Source: an uncultured Thermoplasmatales archaeon (GTDB lineage Archaea; Thermoplasmatota; E2; UBA202; DSCA01). Taken from it: DNA of 64,000 nt. Each line of letters starts with the position of its first letter. Position 1 is the stretch's first letter. A program made the position numbers and the translations under genes. The stretch is from assembly GCA_964514975.1 (NCBI GenBank), contig CAZESS010000001.1, positions 35,736-99,735 on the forward strand, given 5' to 3'. Shown in pieces: positions 49,474 through 59,235 of this stretch. The notes beneath the pieces are model-generated. The model made no database searches and was not told the origin of the DNA. It was given only the letters and a program-made list of their open reading frames with translations.

Positions 49474-49475
49474 GG

Positions 49476-50849
49476 TCAGCCATGCCGGTAGCAGTTCAGT
49501 GTTTTCACGTTCACGAACTCGTGCAGCCCGTGCCGGGCGAGCTCCCGGCCGATGCCGCTCTGCTTTATGCCGCCGAAGGGCAGCCGGGGGTCGGACTTGG
49601 TGATATGGTTGACAAACATGCAGCCTGCCTCTATCCGCCGGGCGATGGCCATGCCCCGCGCTGTATCGCGCGTCCACACGCTGCCACCCAGCCCGAACCG
49701 GGTTTTGTTGGCCAATGCTACCGCCTCCGCATCGTCGGCTACGGTGAACACCGGCGCAACGGGCCCGAACACCTCGTTCCTGGCGACGCGCATGTCACAG
49801 GTGACATCGGCGAGCACCGTCGGCTGAAAGAAAAAGCCGGGCCTGTCCAGCCCGTGGCCCCCGGTCACAAGGTGTGCCCCGCCATCCAGGGCATCCTCGA
49901 CGAAGGTCTCCATCTGCGCCACGGCTGTCTCGGATGCCAGCGGACCCGCCTCGGTCGCCATGTCCAATGGGTCGCCCACCCTGAGATGCTCCATCTTATC
50001 AGCGAGCATTTCGATGAACATCTCGGCTACATCTGCATGGACGATAAACCGCTTCGCGGCGATACAGCTCTGCCCCGTGTTTATCATCCGCCCACGGACC
50101 GCCTGCGCTGCAACAGCGTCCATGTCGACGTCGTCCAGAACGATGAACGGGTCGCTGCCACCCAGCTCCAGCACCATTTTTTTGAGATGCCGTCCCGCGG
50201 TCGCGGCCACCGCCCGGCCTGCATCGACGCTCCCGGTCAGCGAGACACCCCGCACGACGTCGGCGGCAACCAGCCGCTCGATCAGGTCATGTCCGGCTAT
50301 AACGGTCCGGAAGACATCCACGGGAAACCCGGCCTCCCGCAATGCTGCCTCGATGGCGAGCGCGCTCCCCGTGCAGATGCTGGCATGCTTGAGCAGCACC
50401 GTGTTGCCCGCCAGGAGCGCTGGAATGGCGCAGCGGAGCGCCTGCCAGAACGGAAAGTTCCAGGGCATGACGGCCAGGATGACACCCAATGGCTGAAACA
50501 CGATGCGGTGCTCGAGGCCGTCCGCCTCGACATGTTCGTCGGCCAGCCATGCGGGGGCATTGTCCGCATATACCTCGGCCATCCATGCACATTTCTCTAT
50601 CTCGGCCACCGACTCCCGCAGGGGCTTGCCCATTTCCCGGGTCATCAGCTCCGCATATTCCTGCCTGTGTTCGCGGAGCACCGCTGCCAGGCGTTGCACA
50701 TATGGCACTCGCTCCTCGACGCTCAGCCTGCGCCATTCCCCGAAGGCCAGGTGCGCCCGATCCGCGATGTCGAACAGCTCGTCCTCGGCCATCGTCTCGT
50801 AGGTGGCGATGGGCTGCCCTGTCGCCGGGTTCACGGTTTCAACCATCAT
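49476..50849 (-). CDS. NAD(P)-dependent aldehyde dehydrogenase (succinate-semialdehyde dehydrogenase-like)
   Basis: NPATG, MPWNFP, LTGS, LELGGSDP, GQSC, EVFGP, PFGG.K.SG.GRE. Confidence 0.93.
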   Translation of the reverse strand: MMVETVNPATGQPIATYETMAEDELFDIADRAHLAFGEWRRLSVEERVPYVQRLAAVLREHRQEYAELMTREMGKPLRESVAEIEKCAWMAEVYADNAPAWLADEHVEADGLEHRIVFQPLGVILAVMPWNFPFWQALRCAIPALLAGNTVLLKHASICTGSALAIEAALREAGFPVDVFRTVIAGHDLIERLVAADVVRGVSLTGSVDAGRAVAATAGRHLKKMVLELGGSDPFIVLDDVDMDAVAAQAVRGRMINTGQSCIAAKRFIVHADVAEMFIEMLADKMEHLRVGDPLDMATEAGPLASETAVAQMETFVEDALDGGAHLVTGGHGLDRPGFFFQPTVLADVTCDMRVARNEVFGPVAPVFTVADDAEAVALANKTRFGLGGSVWTRDTARGMAIARRIEAGCMFVNHITKSDPRLPFGGIKQSGIGRELARHGLHEFVNVKTLNCYRHG

Positions 50850-50958
50850 TGTATGCTCCCATAGGGCATATCAGGCAGCCATCATTTAATGGTTTGTTCT
50901 CCCCATGTCCCCGGGCGGTGAACCTATATACGCCCGGCAGATTTAAACAGGAGACAGC

Positions 50959-51285
50959 ATGGCACATGTGCAGTCCGGCTCGCACACCACGGGATGGACG
51001 GAGCGACACGTCTACCGGGCGAGAACCACCGACTCATCGTTTTCAACGGGAGATGGACGGTGCGACATATGCGGAGAAAGCCACCGCAATCCCTACGAGG
51101 GCAGCCCGCACTATGTCACAATGAGGGTGCCCGTCCGCGTCGCCAAAAACTGGGCATCCCATCACGGCATCGTGGTGCACATGGAACAGCGGATGGCATA
51201 CGTCCACAAAAAAGGCCGGAGGCCGGACCATGTCCAGCTCGTTCCCTACACCGAATGGGAAACGGTCAGGACGATAGGGCCGTAA
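50959..51285 (+). CDS. Small hypothetical protein (CxxC, His-rich)
   Basis: AGGAG RBS before the ATG and TATA-like tract upstream; CDICGESH. Confidence 0.5.
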   Translation: MAHVQSGSHTTGWTERHVYRARTTDSSFSTGDGRCDICGESHRNPYEGSPHYVTMRVPVRVAKNWASHHGIVVHMEQRMAYVHKKGRRPDHVQLVPYTEWETVRTIGP

Positions 51286-51355
51286 AGATGATACATCTCA
51301 CCATGTCTGCATCCCGGCCAATACTTTTTAATATTTTAGGGCATTTTGATGGCCA

Positions 51356-51862
51356 ATGACATCGATAGAAACCGTTTTCCCGTTGCTCGGAGACATTAAA
51401 GATGAGGAACTGCGCGGCAAGGTCGTCGAATGCTGGACGCTGGCGATGGAACGTGGCGGCTGGGACAGCCTGGACGGCATCCCGTTCACGCTGCTTTTGC
51501 CGGATGCGGGCGAGTTCACCGGCCATGTCAACCGCGTCACCGCGATGGCCGCCGCCGTCGGCAGGGAGCGCGACGACCTGGACATGGACGTGCTGATTGC
51601 CGGAGCGCTGCTGCACGACGTCGGCAAGCTCCTGGAATACGAGCGCGCTGACGGCCAGGTACAAAAATCGGCTATGGGACACATCATCCGTCATCCGGTG
51701 AGCGGCGCCGCGCTCGCCGCCCTTGTCGGCCTGCCCGACAACATCGTGAGCATCATCGCCGCGCATTCCAAGGAGGGCGAGTATGTGGAGCGGATCCCCG
51801 AGGCCGTCGTCGTCCACCACTGCGACTTCATCGACTTCCACATCGCGAAGGGGAAACGATGA
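51356..51862 (+). CDS. HD-domain metal-dependent phosphohydrolase
   Basis: H..V, GALLHDVGK, RHP..G, HS.EG, HHCD. Confidence 0.9.
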   Translation: MTSIETVFPLLGDIKDEELRGKVVECWTLAMERGGWDSLDGIPFTLLLPDAGEFTGHVNRVTAMAAAVGRERDDLDMDVLIAGALLHDVGKLLEYERADGQVQKSAMGHIIRHPVSGAALAALVGLPDNIVSIIAAHSKEGEYVERIPEAVVVHHCDFIDFHIAKGKR

Positions 51863-52974
51863 TACGTGGCCAGGGCGCGGCGGGCACGGACAACAAGCGC
51901 GACTGCCATGTGAGCGTGCAGGAGGGCTCCTCCATAGAGATTGAGAGCAAGTATGCCGGCATGTTCGGCGATCACATCAAATCGCTGGTGCAGCGCCGTC
52001 TCGACGAGCTGGATACCGATGCCGCCGTTACTGTTCAGGAGCGGGGCTGCTATGACTACGTCGTCCTGGCGCGGCTTGAGGCCGCCCTGCATCGTGCGGG
52101 CATGGAGCAGCTGTCCGACGGGATGGCGGAGCGTTCGCCGCCGCAGCGACAGTTGCGGCGGAGCCGGATGTATGTGCCGGGGAACAACCCCAGGATGCTG
52201 AACAAGGCGGGCATGTACGGCGCCGACTGCCTCATCCTCGACCTCGAGGATTCCGTGGCGGTGGACCAAAAGCTCGACGCCCGCTATCTGGTCAAAAATG
52301 CATTGCAGTATCTCGATTTCGGCGGGGCTGAGCTCTGGGTGCGCATCAACAAGGCGAAGGCGAAGGAGGACATCTCGGTCGTCAAATACGGCAGTCCGCA
52401 TGGCATCTGTCTGCCGAAGGCGGAGATCCCGGAGGACGTGGTTATCCTGGAGAACATGCTCGAGGAGGAGGGCCTCGATGCTGCTATCATGCCCATCGTG
52501 GAGACCGCCCGGGGTATCCGGAACGTTGACGCCATCGCCGGGGCGAGCGACGCCGTCGTGGCGCTTGCCTTCGGCGCCGAGGATTTCACGGCTGACGTGT
52601 GCGGCCGTCGTTCGCGTGAGGCGTTGCTGTATCCGCGCAGCCGGCTTGTCGTGGCCGCCCGTTCCCATGACGTGCAGCCGCTTGACACCGTGTATGCCGA
52701 TGTCGCCGACATAGGGGACCTGCGGGAGGAAACCATGCACGTCATCGAGCTGGGGTTCGACGGGAAGGGCGCCATCCATCCCAAGCAGGTGCCGGTCATC
52801 CATGACTGTTTTACCCCTGGCGATGCGGAGGTGGAGGAGGCCAGAGAGGTCATCGCCGCTGTCGAGGCAGCCCGCGAGAAAGGGCTGGGCAGCGCATCGC
52901 TGCATGGCAAGATGATCGATTTGCCGGTGGAGAAACGAGCCCGTCGCATCCTCCGGCGGGCGGACATGAGCTAG
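51859..52974 (+). CDS. Citrate lyase ACP (CitD)-like / CitE (HpcH/HpaI aldolase-citrate lyase) fusion
   Basis: N-terminal AGT...D...S....FG..I...RG.....ARLE.A..RA (CitD-like). C-terminal RRSRMYVPGN, DLEDSV, VRIN, ET..G, GAED, GF.GK..IHP.Q, GKMID.P. Confidence 0.88.
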   Translation: MIRGQGAAGTDNKRDCHVSVQEGSSIEIESKYAGMFGDHIKSLVQRRLDELDTDAAVTVQERGCYDYVVLARLEAALHRAGMEQLSDGMAERSPPQRQLRRSRMYVPGNNPRMLNKAGMYGADCLILDLEDSVAVDQKLDARYLVKNALQYLDFGGAELWVRINKAKAKEDISVVKYGSPHGICLPKAEIPEDVVILENMLEEEGLDAAIMPIVETARGIRNVDAIAGASDAVVALAFGAEDFTADVCGRRSREALLYPRSRLVVAARSHDVQPLDTVYADVADIGDLREETMHVIELGFDGKGAIHPKQVPVIHDCFTPGDAEVEEAREVIAAVEAAREKGLGSASLHGKMIDLPVEKRARRILRRADMS

Positions 52975-52979
52975 CTCTC

Positions 52980-53633
52980 ATGCGTCTCACCATTTTGTAT
53001 GACAACACGGTGTATCGTGCCAGTAGAGGTCTGATGGCCCGGTGGGGGTTTTCCTGCCTGGTGGAAACTGGAAAGCGGCGTATTCTCTTTGACACGGGTG
53101 GCGACGGCCAGGTGTTGCTGTCCAACATGGCCGCGCTGGATGTGCATCCGGAGACCATCGATACCATCGTTATCTCGCATGAGCACTGGGACCATGCTGG
53201 CGGGCTCCCATCGCTGCTTGAGCGAAATCCGGATGTCCGGGTCTATCGGCTGAAAAAGCCGTCGTCGCCCGCGGCAGAAACCATCCCGGTGGATGAGCCC
53301 CGTTCCATAGCCGACGGCGTGTTCAGCACCGGCCGGCTGCCCGGCTCGCCGGTCGACGAGCAGTCGCTGGTTATTCGCTGCGGGAAACGATGGTGTGTGC
53401 TGGCTGGCTGCTCGCATCCCGGTGTCGCCGCCATTCTTGATGCAGCGGGAAGGCATGGCCATGTTGATGGTGTCATTGGTGGACTGCACGGCTTTGACAG
53501 CTACGGGCTGCTCGACGGCATGATGCTGGTCTGTCCGACGCACTGCACGCGGCATGTCGACGAGATACGGCGGCGCTATCCCGACCGCTATATTAAGGGC
53601 GGTGTCGGCCGGGTCATCCATCTGGAGCGGTGA
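52980..53633 (+). CDS. MBL-fold metallo-hydrolase (COG1237-like)
   Basis: WGFSCLVE, LFDTG, SHEHWDH.GG, EQSL, GCSHPG, GGLH, PTHCT. Confidence 0.9.
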   Translation: MRLTILYDNTVYRASRGLMARWGFSCLVETGKRRILFDTGGDGQVLLSNMAALDVHPETIDTIVISHEHWDHAGGLPSLLERNPDVRVYRLKKPSSPAAETIPVDEPRSIADGVFSTGRLPGSPVDEQSLVIRCGKRWCVLAGCSHPGVAAILDAAGRHGHVDGVIGGLHGFDSYGLLDGMMLVCPTHCTRHVDEIRRRYPDRYIKGGVGRVIHLER

Positions 53634-53669
53634 GCCAACGTTTAAATAGGCTACCGACGATATGTCATT

Positions 53670-54434
53670 ATGATTATCCCGCTTCCCGTGCTGGCGCTGC
53701 TGGTTCTCATCGTTATTATCATCCTGGCTGCGGCAATCAAGATCGTCAGGGAATACGAGCGCGGCGTGATTTTCCGTCTCGGTCGATTGCTTGGTGCCAA
53801 GGGGCCCGGCGTGTTTTTCATCATCCCGATTTTTGACAACATGATCAAGGTCGACCTCCGGGAGCACGTGCTCGACGTGCCGGCGCAGGAGGCCATCACC
53901 TCGGACAACGTCCCGGTTCGGGTGAACGCCGTCGTCTACTTCCGGGTGATGAATCCCGAGGACGCGGTCGTGCGCATCCAGAACTACATGCAGGGCACCC
54001 AGCAGATGGCGCAGACCACGCTCCGGAGCATCATCGGGCAGGCGGAGCTCGACGCGATACTCAAGGAGCGCGACCGGATAAACCAGCGCCTGCAGAGCAT
54101 CCTTGATGAGGCAACCGACGAATGGGGTGTCAAGGTTACCGCCGTCGAGATAAAAGACGTCGAGATACCGGAGTCGATGCAGCGTGCCATGGCGAAGGCG
54201 GCGGAGTCGGAGCGCGCTCGTCGTGCTCGCATCATCGCCGCTGAGGGCGAGCTCCAGGCGTCGGAAAAGCTGGCTGAAGCGGCACGGGTGATATCGCAGG
54301 AGGAGGGCGGCTTACAGCTGCGCTTCCTGCAGACTGCCTCCGACATGGCGGAGGAAAAAAACACGACGACCATCGTGCTTCCCATCCCGGTCGAGCTCCT
54401 TCGGTTTTTTGAGAGTAAAAGCAAGGAGAAGTGA
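53670..54434 (+). CDS. SPFH/stomatin (slipin) family protein
   Basis: N-terminal TM, EYERGVIFRLG, GPG, VDLR, AQTTLRS..G, WGVKV..VEIKD, AEGE. Confidence 0.95.
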   Translation: MIIPLPVLALLVLIVIIILAAAIKIVREYERGVIFRLGRLLGAKGPGVFFIIPIFDNMIKVDLREHVLDVPAQEAITSDNVPVRVNAVVYFRVMNPEDAVVRIQNYMQGTQQMAQTTLRSIIGQAELDAILKERDRINQRLQSILDEATDEWGVKVTAVEIKDVEIPESMQRAMAKAAESERARRARIIAAEGELQASEKLAEAARVISQEEGGLQLRFLQTASDMAEEKNTTTIVLPIPVELLRFFESKSKEK

Positions 54435-54462
54435 TGTCTGTACGGCCGATAGCGCCCCTGTG

Positions 54463-55134
54463 TTATGGCAGCAGCAGCGCGAACGATGCAACGGCCAGGA
54501 GGGCGCAGGTTCCCATGGCGGCATAGTGGCCGACCCGGCTGCACGAGCGCTCCGTCGTCCTTTTTTTCTCTGCTGTTGTATACCACAGCAGCGGTATCGA
54601 CAGGGCAGCTACGGTCGTCATGGTGGACAGCAGATGCCACAGCGTGAACGGCAGCGCCATGGTGTAGCAGGTTGCCAGGCCTGCAGTGCTATGAGGATAC
54701 CATCCGAGCCAGCAGCCCAGGTTTGTCCAGGCGTCGTAGAGCAGCACGCTCCCTATGCCCATGCCGGCGATGCCCAGCGGTGAACGTGTCAGGCCGTGCC
54801 GTTTGCCCGTTGCGCCGAGCAGCCCGATGAACGCGAAGCCCGTCCAGGTGAACAGGAAGATAGCGGTGTTGCCATGGTAGAGGTCGGTGATGGCCATGAC
54901 TGCCAGGGGCACGACGAGGCTGTACAGGCCGCCGAGCAGGATGCCGCTGAACAGTGCCACGGCTCCGACGACGAAGAACAGGTCGAGCATGAACATGGGC
55001 TGGGTGATGCCGTTGAGCGTCATCGTGGCGTGTGGTGCGTGCGGCAGGAGCTGGCCGAGCATGATGCGCCCGATGACGCCGGCTGCGATGAGCAGGCCGG
55101 CGGCCAGCAGCTGTTTTCTGGTGTCCTGGATCAT
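54463..55134 (-). CDS. Membrane protein, ECF S-component-like (possible cobalamin uptake)
   Basis: About 6 TMs; GAVALF.G, P...M..TD, YD.WTNLG.W, CYTMALPF; adjacent to the DUF4430 gene. Confidence 0.65.
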   Translation of the reverse strand: MIQDTRKQLLAAGLLIAAGVIGRIMLGQLLPHAPHATMTLNGITQPMFMLDLFFVVGAVALFSGILLGGLYSLVVPLAVMAITDLYHGNTAIFLFTWTGFAFIGLLGATGKRHGLTRSPLGIAGMGIGSVLLYDAWTNLGCWLGWYPHSTAGLATCYTMALPFTLWHLLSTMTTVAALSIPLLWYTTAEKKRTTERSCSRVGHYAAMGTCALLAVASFALLLP

Positions 55135-55174
55135 GTGGTTCCTCCGTGGTTAAAGCTCATGAGCATATTAAAGG

Positions 55175-55612
55175 TTAACTGTACCCGGTGAACTTCCATG
55201 CAACGACATCGTGGTTATGTACGGACTGTTTGTCGGCGCCAACGGTGGCATAGCTGTCGTTAATCCAGTATTGCCAGTATTTGTTGTCCTGGCCGTTTTC
55301 CACGCCGTTGATGGCCGTTATCAGATTGCTGTCGTACTGGGGATAAAATGTGCTTGATATGGAGAAGTTGCCTGCCTCGCCTGCTTTAAACAGAAGCCTG
55401 TATACGGTGGCGTTCGAGGTGCTGATGGAGAGGTTGTCATAGGTCCATGTGGTCTCGTTGCTGAATGTGATAGTAACCGAGGCGTTTATCATCGTGGTTG
55501 TCTCTCCATCTGAGTCTGCTGTTCCATCCTCCATGGCGTAGATGCCGACGATGATGCCCACTGTCGCGATAAGAATCATGGCTGCTATCAACACGCTTTT
55601 TCTCATATTCAT
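55175..55612 (-). CDS. Membrane-anchored DUF4430 (transcobalamin C-terminal-like) protein
   Basis: N-terminal TM; ITAINGV.N...YWQYWIN....VGA......D.V.W. Confidence 0.8.
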   Translation of the reverse strand: MNMRKSVLIAAMILIATVGIIVGIYAMEDGTADSDGETTTMINASVTITFSNETTWTYDNLSISTSNATVYRLLFKAGEAGNFSISSTFYPQYDSNLITAINGVENGQDNKYWQYWINDSYATVGADKQSVHNHDVVAWKFTGYS

Positions 55613-55710
55613 TCAATCACCGTAAACTTTTTTTTACAAACGTAAAGTAAATTTGCTATTTAAAGTTTGCGGGCCGGAAACATTTAAGAGCACTCCGCCG
55701 TTGAAACCCA

Positions 55711-56508
55711 ATGGACCTCCTTCGAGAAAAAGCGCTGTCCACCCGGGTGCTCATAATCCTCGAAATCGCCACCGGCCGCCACTCCCGGCTGGCATCCATC
55801 GCCGAACAGATTGGTATCACCAAGCAGGCCGTCTCCGACTACATAAAAAAAATGCGGAGCGACGACCTCGTCCAGGTCATCGACGGCGAATACCGGCCCA
55901 CCATTCAGGGCACACAGTTCATGCACCGGCACCTTCTCGACCTCAAACAGTTCCTGGAGGATACCCTCGCAAAGCTCAATATCGTCGAAAGCGACGCGGC
56001 GCTCGCCGGCGACGACCTCGTCGCGGGAGACACGCTCGGTCTGTTCATGGAAAACGGCGTCCTGACCGCCTACAGCAGCCGCCCATCGCCATCACGGGGC
56101 ACCGCCCGCCATGATGCAGCCCCTGGAGAGGACGTCGCCATCGACGACATGGAGGGCATCATGCAGTACGAGCTCGGTACCATCCATCTCTACGAGCTCC
56201 CCGGCCCCCAGCAGGGCGGCACCCGGGCCCTGGACATCGAGGCGCTCGCCGCCGCCCTCGACGAGGCGCAACCGGACCGCATCGCCATCGCCGACGTCAT
56301 CGCCCGGGCAGCGCTCAACCGGGCAGCCATCGCATACGACATCGAGTTCGCCCCATGCCACGCGGCCATCGCGGCGGCGCAGCGCGCCCTGGACGTCGCC
56401 ATCCTGGGCTGGAGCACGGCCATCGAGGAAGCGCTGACCGCCATCCAGGATTTCAACAGCTCATCGGTCGAGCGTATCGGCTACCAGGTATCCTCGTTTT
56501 GCCCATAA
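55711..56508 (+). CDS. Winged-HTH transcriptional regulator (COG1497-like)
   Basis: IAEQIGITKQAVSDYIK HTH, Y..T..G, GD..GL.M..G.L.A. Confidence 0.85.
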   Translation: MDLLREKALSTRVLIILEIATGRHSRLASIAEQIGITKQAVSDYIKKMRSDDLVQVIDGEYRPTIQGTQFMHRHLLDLKQFLEDTLAKLNIVESDAALAGDDLVAGDTLGLFMENGVLTAYSSRPSPSRGTARHDAAPGEDVAIDDMEGIMQYELGTIHLYELPGPQQGGTRALDIEALAAALDEAQPDRIAIADVIARAALNRAAIAYDIEFAPCHAAIAAAQRALDVAILGWSTAIEEALTAIQDFNSSSVERIGYQVSSFCP

Positions 56509-56537
56509 AAGTAAAAAGCCGTCTGCGATGTAGACAC

Positions 56538-58073
56538 ATGACATTGGTTGATGTGCTTGAGGAAAGCGCCCGTCTTCATGGCGACGATACGGCAGTTGTT
56601 TTCGACGACGACAGGCTGAGCTACCGGGAGCTGGCAGACCGGGCCGCCCGCATCTCATCGTCGCTTCATGCCCTGGACGTCGAACGGGGCGACCATGTTG
56701 CCGTGTGGATGTCGAACAACCTGGAATATCTGCCCGTCTATCTCGGCATCGCCGCCGCCGGCGCGGTCATGGTGCCCATGAACACCCGCTACCGGACGCA
56801 TGAGGCCCGCTACATCCTCTCCAACTCCGACGCCGGCGCCATTTTCATGACTCCCCGGTTTCTCAAGATGCGGTATGACGACATGCTGCGGGAGATAGCG
56901 CCCTCGCTCGGGCACCTGGAACATGCCATCGTGCTCGGCGACGACGCAGACGTCGGCGTGCCGTCCATGGGCTACGAAACGTTTCTGTCCACCGGCGATG
57001 ATGCCGCGCCGCCTGCGGTTTCCGATGATGACATCTCGCAGATATTGTATACCTCGGGGACAACGGGCAAGCCCAAGGGGGTCATGCTGAGCCATGCAAA
57101 CGTCTGCGACAACGCCCGGGTCACGGGCGAGGTCATGGAGGTGACATCGGCAGATCGCTATTTCGTCCCGTTGCCCCTGTTTCATTCCTTCGGCCTGGTG
57201 CTCGGTTGCCTGACCCCGCTGACCTTCGGGGCGAGCATCGTCCTCCAGGACGTCTTCGATGCAGAAATGGCGCTGCGCATCATGGAAAAACAGCGGTGCA
57301 CCATGAACTTCGGCGTCCCGGCCATGTTCATGATGGAGCTCGAGGCCTACCGGGAGGGCGATTACGCGCTGGAGCTGCGCAGCGGCATGATGGGCGGCGC
57401 TCCCTGCCCCGTCGAGGTGGTGAAGGGCGTCCGGGAGGAGATGGGCTGCGACGTCTGCATCGGCTACGGCATCACCGAGACCTCGCCGCTTATCTCGCTC
57501 ACCAGGTTCGAGGACGACGACCAAAAACGGGCGGAAACCGTCGGGTTGCCGCTGCCCGGGGTAGAGGTCAGGGTGGTCGACGACGAGCGCCGGCCATTGC
57601 CGCCGGGCGAGGTCGGCGAGATAGCCATCCGGGGAAACGTGATGCAGGGCTACTACGGCATGCCCGAGGCCACAGATGAGGCAGTCGATGAGGGCGGCTG
57701 GTATTACAGTGGCGACCTCGGCGTTATCGACAGCGATGGCTACCTGTCTGTCACCGGGCGGAAAAAGGATATGATCGTCGTCGGTGGCTTCAACGTGTAT
57801 CCCCGGGAGGTCGAGGAGGTGCTCTTCGAGCACCCGGAGGTCAAAAACGCGGCCGTGGTCGGCGTTCCCGATGACCGTCTCGGCGAGGTCGTCAAGGCAT
57901 ACATCATCCCCGGCGGCGACCTCGGCGAACAGGAAATCAGGCACTTCCTCGGTGAGCGCGTTGCCAACTTCAAGATACCCCGCTACGTCTCGTTCATGGA
58001 TGCGCTTCCCATGACCGCCAGCGGCAAGGTCCAGAAGTACAAGCTCCGGGAGCACCATGACCCATCCCAGTGA
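56538..58073 (+). CDS. Acyl-CoA synthetase (AMP-forming), long-chain fatty acid-CoA ligase family
   Basis: YTSGTTGKPKG, PLFH.FG, GYGITETSP, SGDLG, GRKKD, P.EVE, TASGKVQK. Confidence 0.94.
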   Translation: MTLVDVLEESARLHGDDTAVVFDDDRLSYRELADRAARISSSLHALDVERGDHVAVWMSNNLEYLPVYLGIAAAGAVMVPMNTRYRTHEARYILSNSDAGAIFMTPRFLKMRYDDMLREIAPSLGHLEHAIVLGDDADVGVPSMGYETFLSTGDDAAPPAVSDDDISQILYTSGTTGKPKGVMLSHANVCDNARVTGEVMEVTSADRYFVPLPLFHSFGLVLGCLTPLTFGASIVLQDVFDAEMALRIMEKQRCTMNFGVPAMFMMELEAYREGDYALELRSGMMGGAPCPVEVVKGVREEMGCDVCIGYGITETSPLISLTRFEDDDQKRAETVGLPLPGVEVRVVDDERRPLPPGEVGEIAIRGNVMQGYYGMPEATDEAVDEGGWYYSGDLGVIDSDGYLSVTGRKKDMIVVGGFNVYPREVEEVLFEHPEVKNAAVVGVPDDRLGEVVKAYIIPGGDLGEQEIRHFLGERVANFKIPRYVSFMDALPMTASGKVQKYKLREHHDPSQ

Positions 58074-59235
58074 CGACATCCGCGGGACGCTCACACGGCA
58101 CCTCGAGGGGAAAACCATCGTCCTGGGGGTGACGGGCAGCATCGCCGCCGTCGAGACCATCCGTCTCGCCCGGCAGCTCATCCGCCACGGTGCCACCATA
58201 ATACCCGTGATGACCCCTGCCGCCATGGACATCATCCATCCATATGCACTCGAGTTCGCAACCGGTGTCCTGCCCATCATGGAGCTGACAGGCGCCGTCG
58301 AACACGTCGAACGCTGTGGCGACCGGCCCGACAATGCGGATGCGATACTCGTGGCTCCCTGCACCGCCAACACGCTCTCCAAGATGGCGCACGGCATCGA
58401 CGACACCCCGGTGACAACGTTTGCGACCACCGCCTTCGGCTCCGACGTCCCCGTCATCGTGGTCCCGGCGATGCATGCCTCGATGTACGACAACCCCTTC
58501 GTTATGGACAGCCTTGCCCGGCTCAGGCAGCACGACGTCACGGTTATCGGCCCGCGCATGGAGGAGGGCACGGCCAAAATCGCCGGCGTTGACGACATCG
58601 TCGCAGGCGTGCTCCGAACACTCGGGCGAGGTGACCTCGACGGCAGGCGGGTCATCATCGTGGGCGGCGCCACCGCCGAGCCCATAGACGACGTCAGGGT
58701 GCTCACCAACCGCTCATCGGGAAAAATGGCCATGGCCCTCGCCACCGCGGCCTATCGCCGGGGCGCCGACGTGGAGCTCTGGCACTCCGGCATCGCGGTG
58801 CCCGGTTACATCGCAACGCAGCGCTTCACCACACACCGAGACATCATCGAGCTCACACGGATAGCCGGCCATGCCGACGTGGTTATCAACTGCGCCGCCA
58901 TCTCGGATTTCGTTCCCGAGCGACATGAGGGCAAGCTCCCATCCGACCGTCCGCTGCAGCTCCAGCTCACGCCGGCGGAGCGCATAAACCCGCATCTCCG
59001 GGATATCGCCGACGTTGCCGTCATGTTCAAGCTGGAGCCATCTAAAGAGCGGGCGGTCCAGCGAGGGCGGCAACGATTGCAGGAGGACGACTTCGACGTC
59101 GTGGTTGCCAACACCACGGCATCGCTCGGCAGCGACCAGACGGAGGCATGGATAATCGACCGCTCGGAACAGCACACGCCGGTCGAGGGCAGCAAGCACA
59201 TGGTCGCCGACCGGCTGCTCACCCATATAGCATGA
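58057..59235 (+). CDS. coaBC: Phosphopantothenoylcysteine decarboxylase/synthetase
   Basis: GVTGSIAA, APCTANT..K.A.GI.D, PAMH..M, GG.T.EPIDDVR..TNRSSGKM, AAISDF, FKLE, VAN. Confidence 0.93.
   Translation: MTHPSDDIRGTLTRHLEGKTIVLGVTGSIAAVETIRLARQLIRHGATIIPVMTPAAMDIIHPYALEFATGVLPIMELTGAVEHVERCGDRPDNADAILVAPCTANTLSKMAHGIDDTPVTTFATTAFGSDVPVIVVPAMHASMYDNPFVMDSLARLRQHDVTVIGPRMEEGTAKIAGVDDIVAGVLRTLGRGDLDGRRVIIVGGATAEPIDDVRVLTNRSSGKMAMALATAAYRRGADVELWHSGIAVPGYIATQRFTTHRDIIELTRIAGHADVVINCAAISDFVPERHEGKLPSDRPLQLQLTPAERINPHLRDIADVAVMFKLEPSKERAVQRGRQRLQEDDFDVVVANTTASLGSDQTEAWIIDRSEQHTPVEGSKHMVADRLLTHIA

Noticed and set aside
55613-55710. Cobalamin riboswitch upstream of the DUF4430 gene
   Set aside because: The intergenic region is under 100 nt, AT-rich and lacks a B12-box.
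56655-58745. Long antisense ORFs (e.g. 56655-58745, 23470-24738, 49482-50864, 44513-45904, 51691-52905)
   Set aside because: These are shadow ORFs opposite well-supported genes, expected in high-GC DNA, and carry no recognisable motifs.
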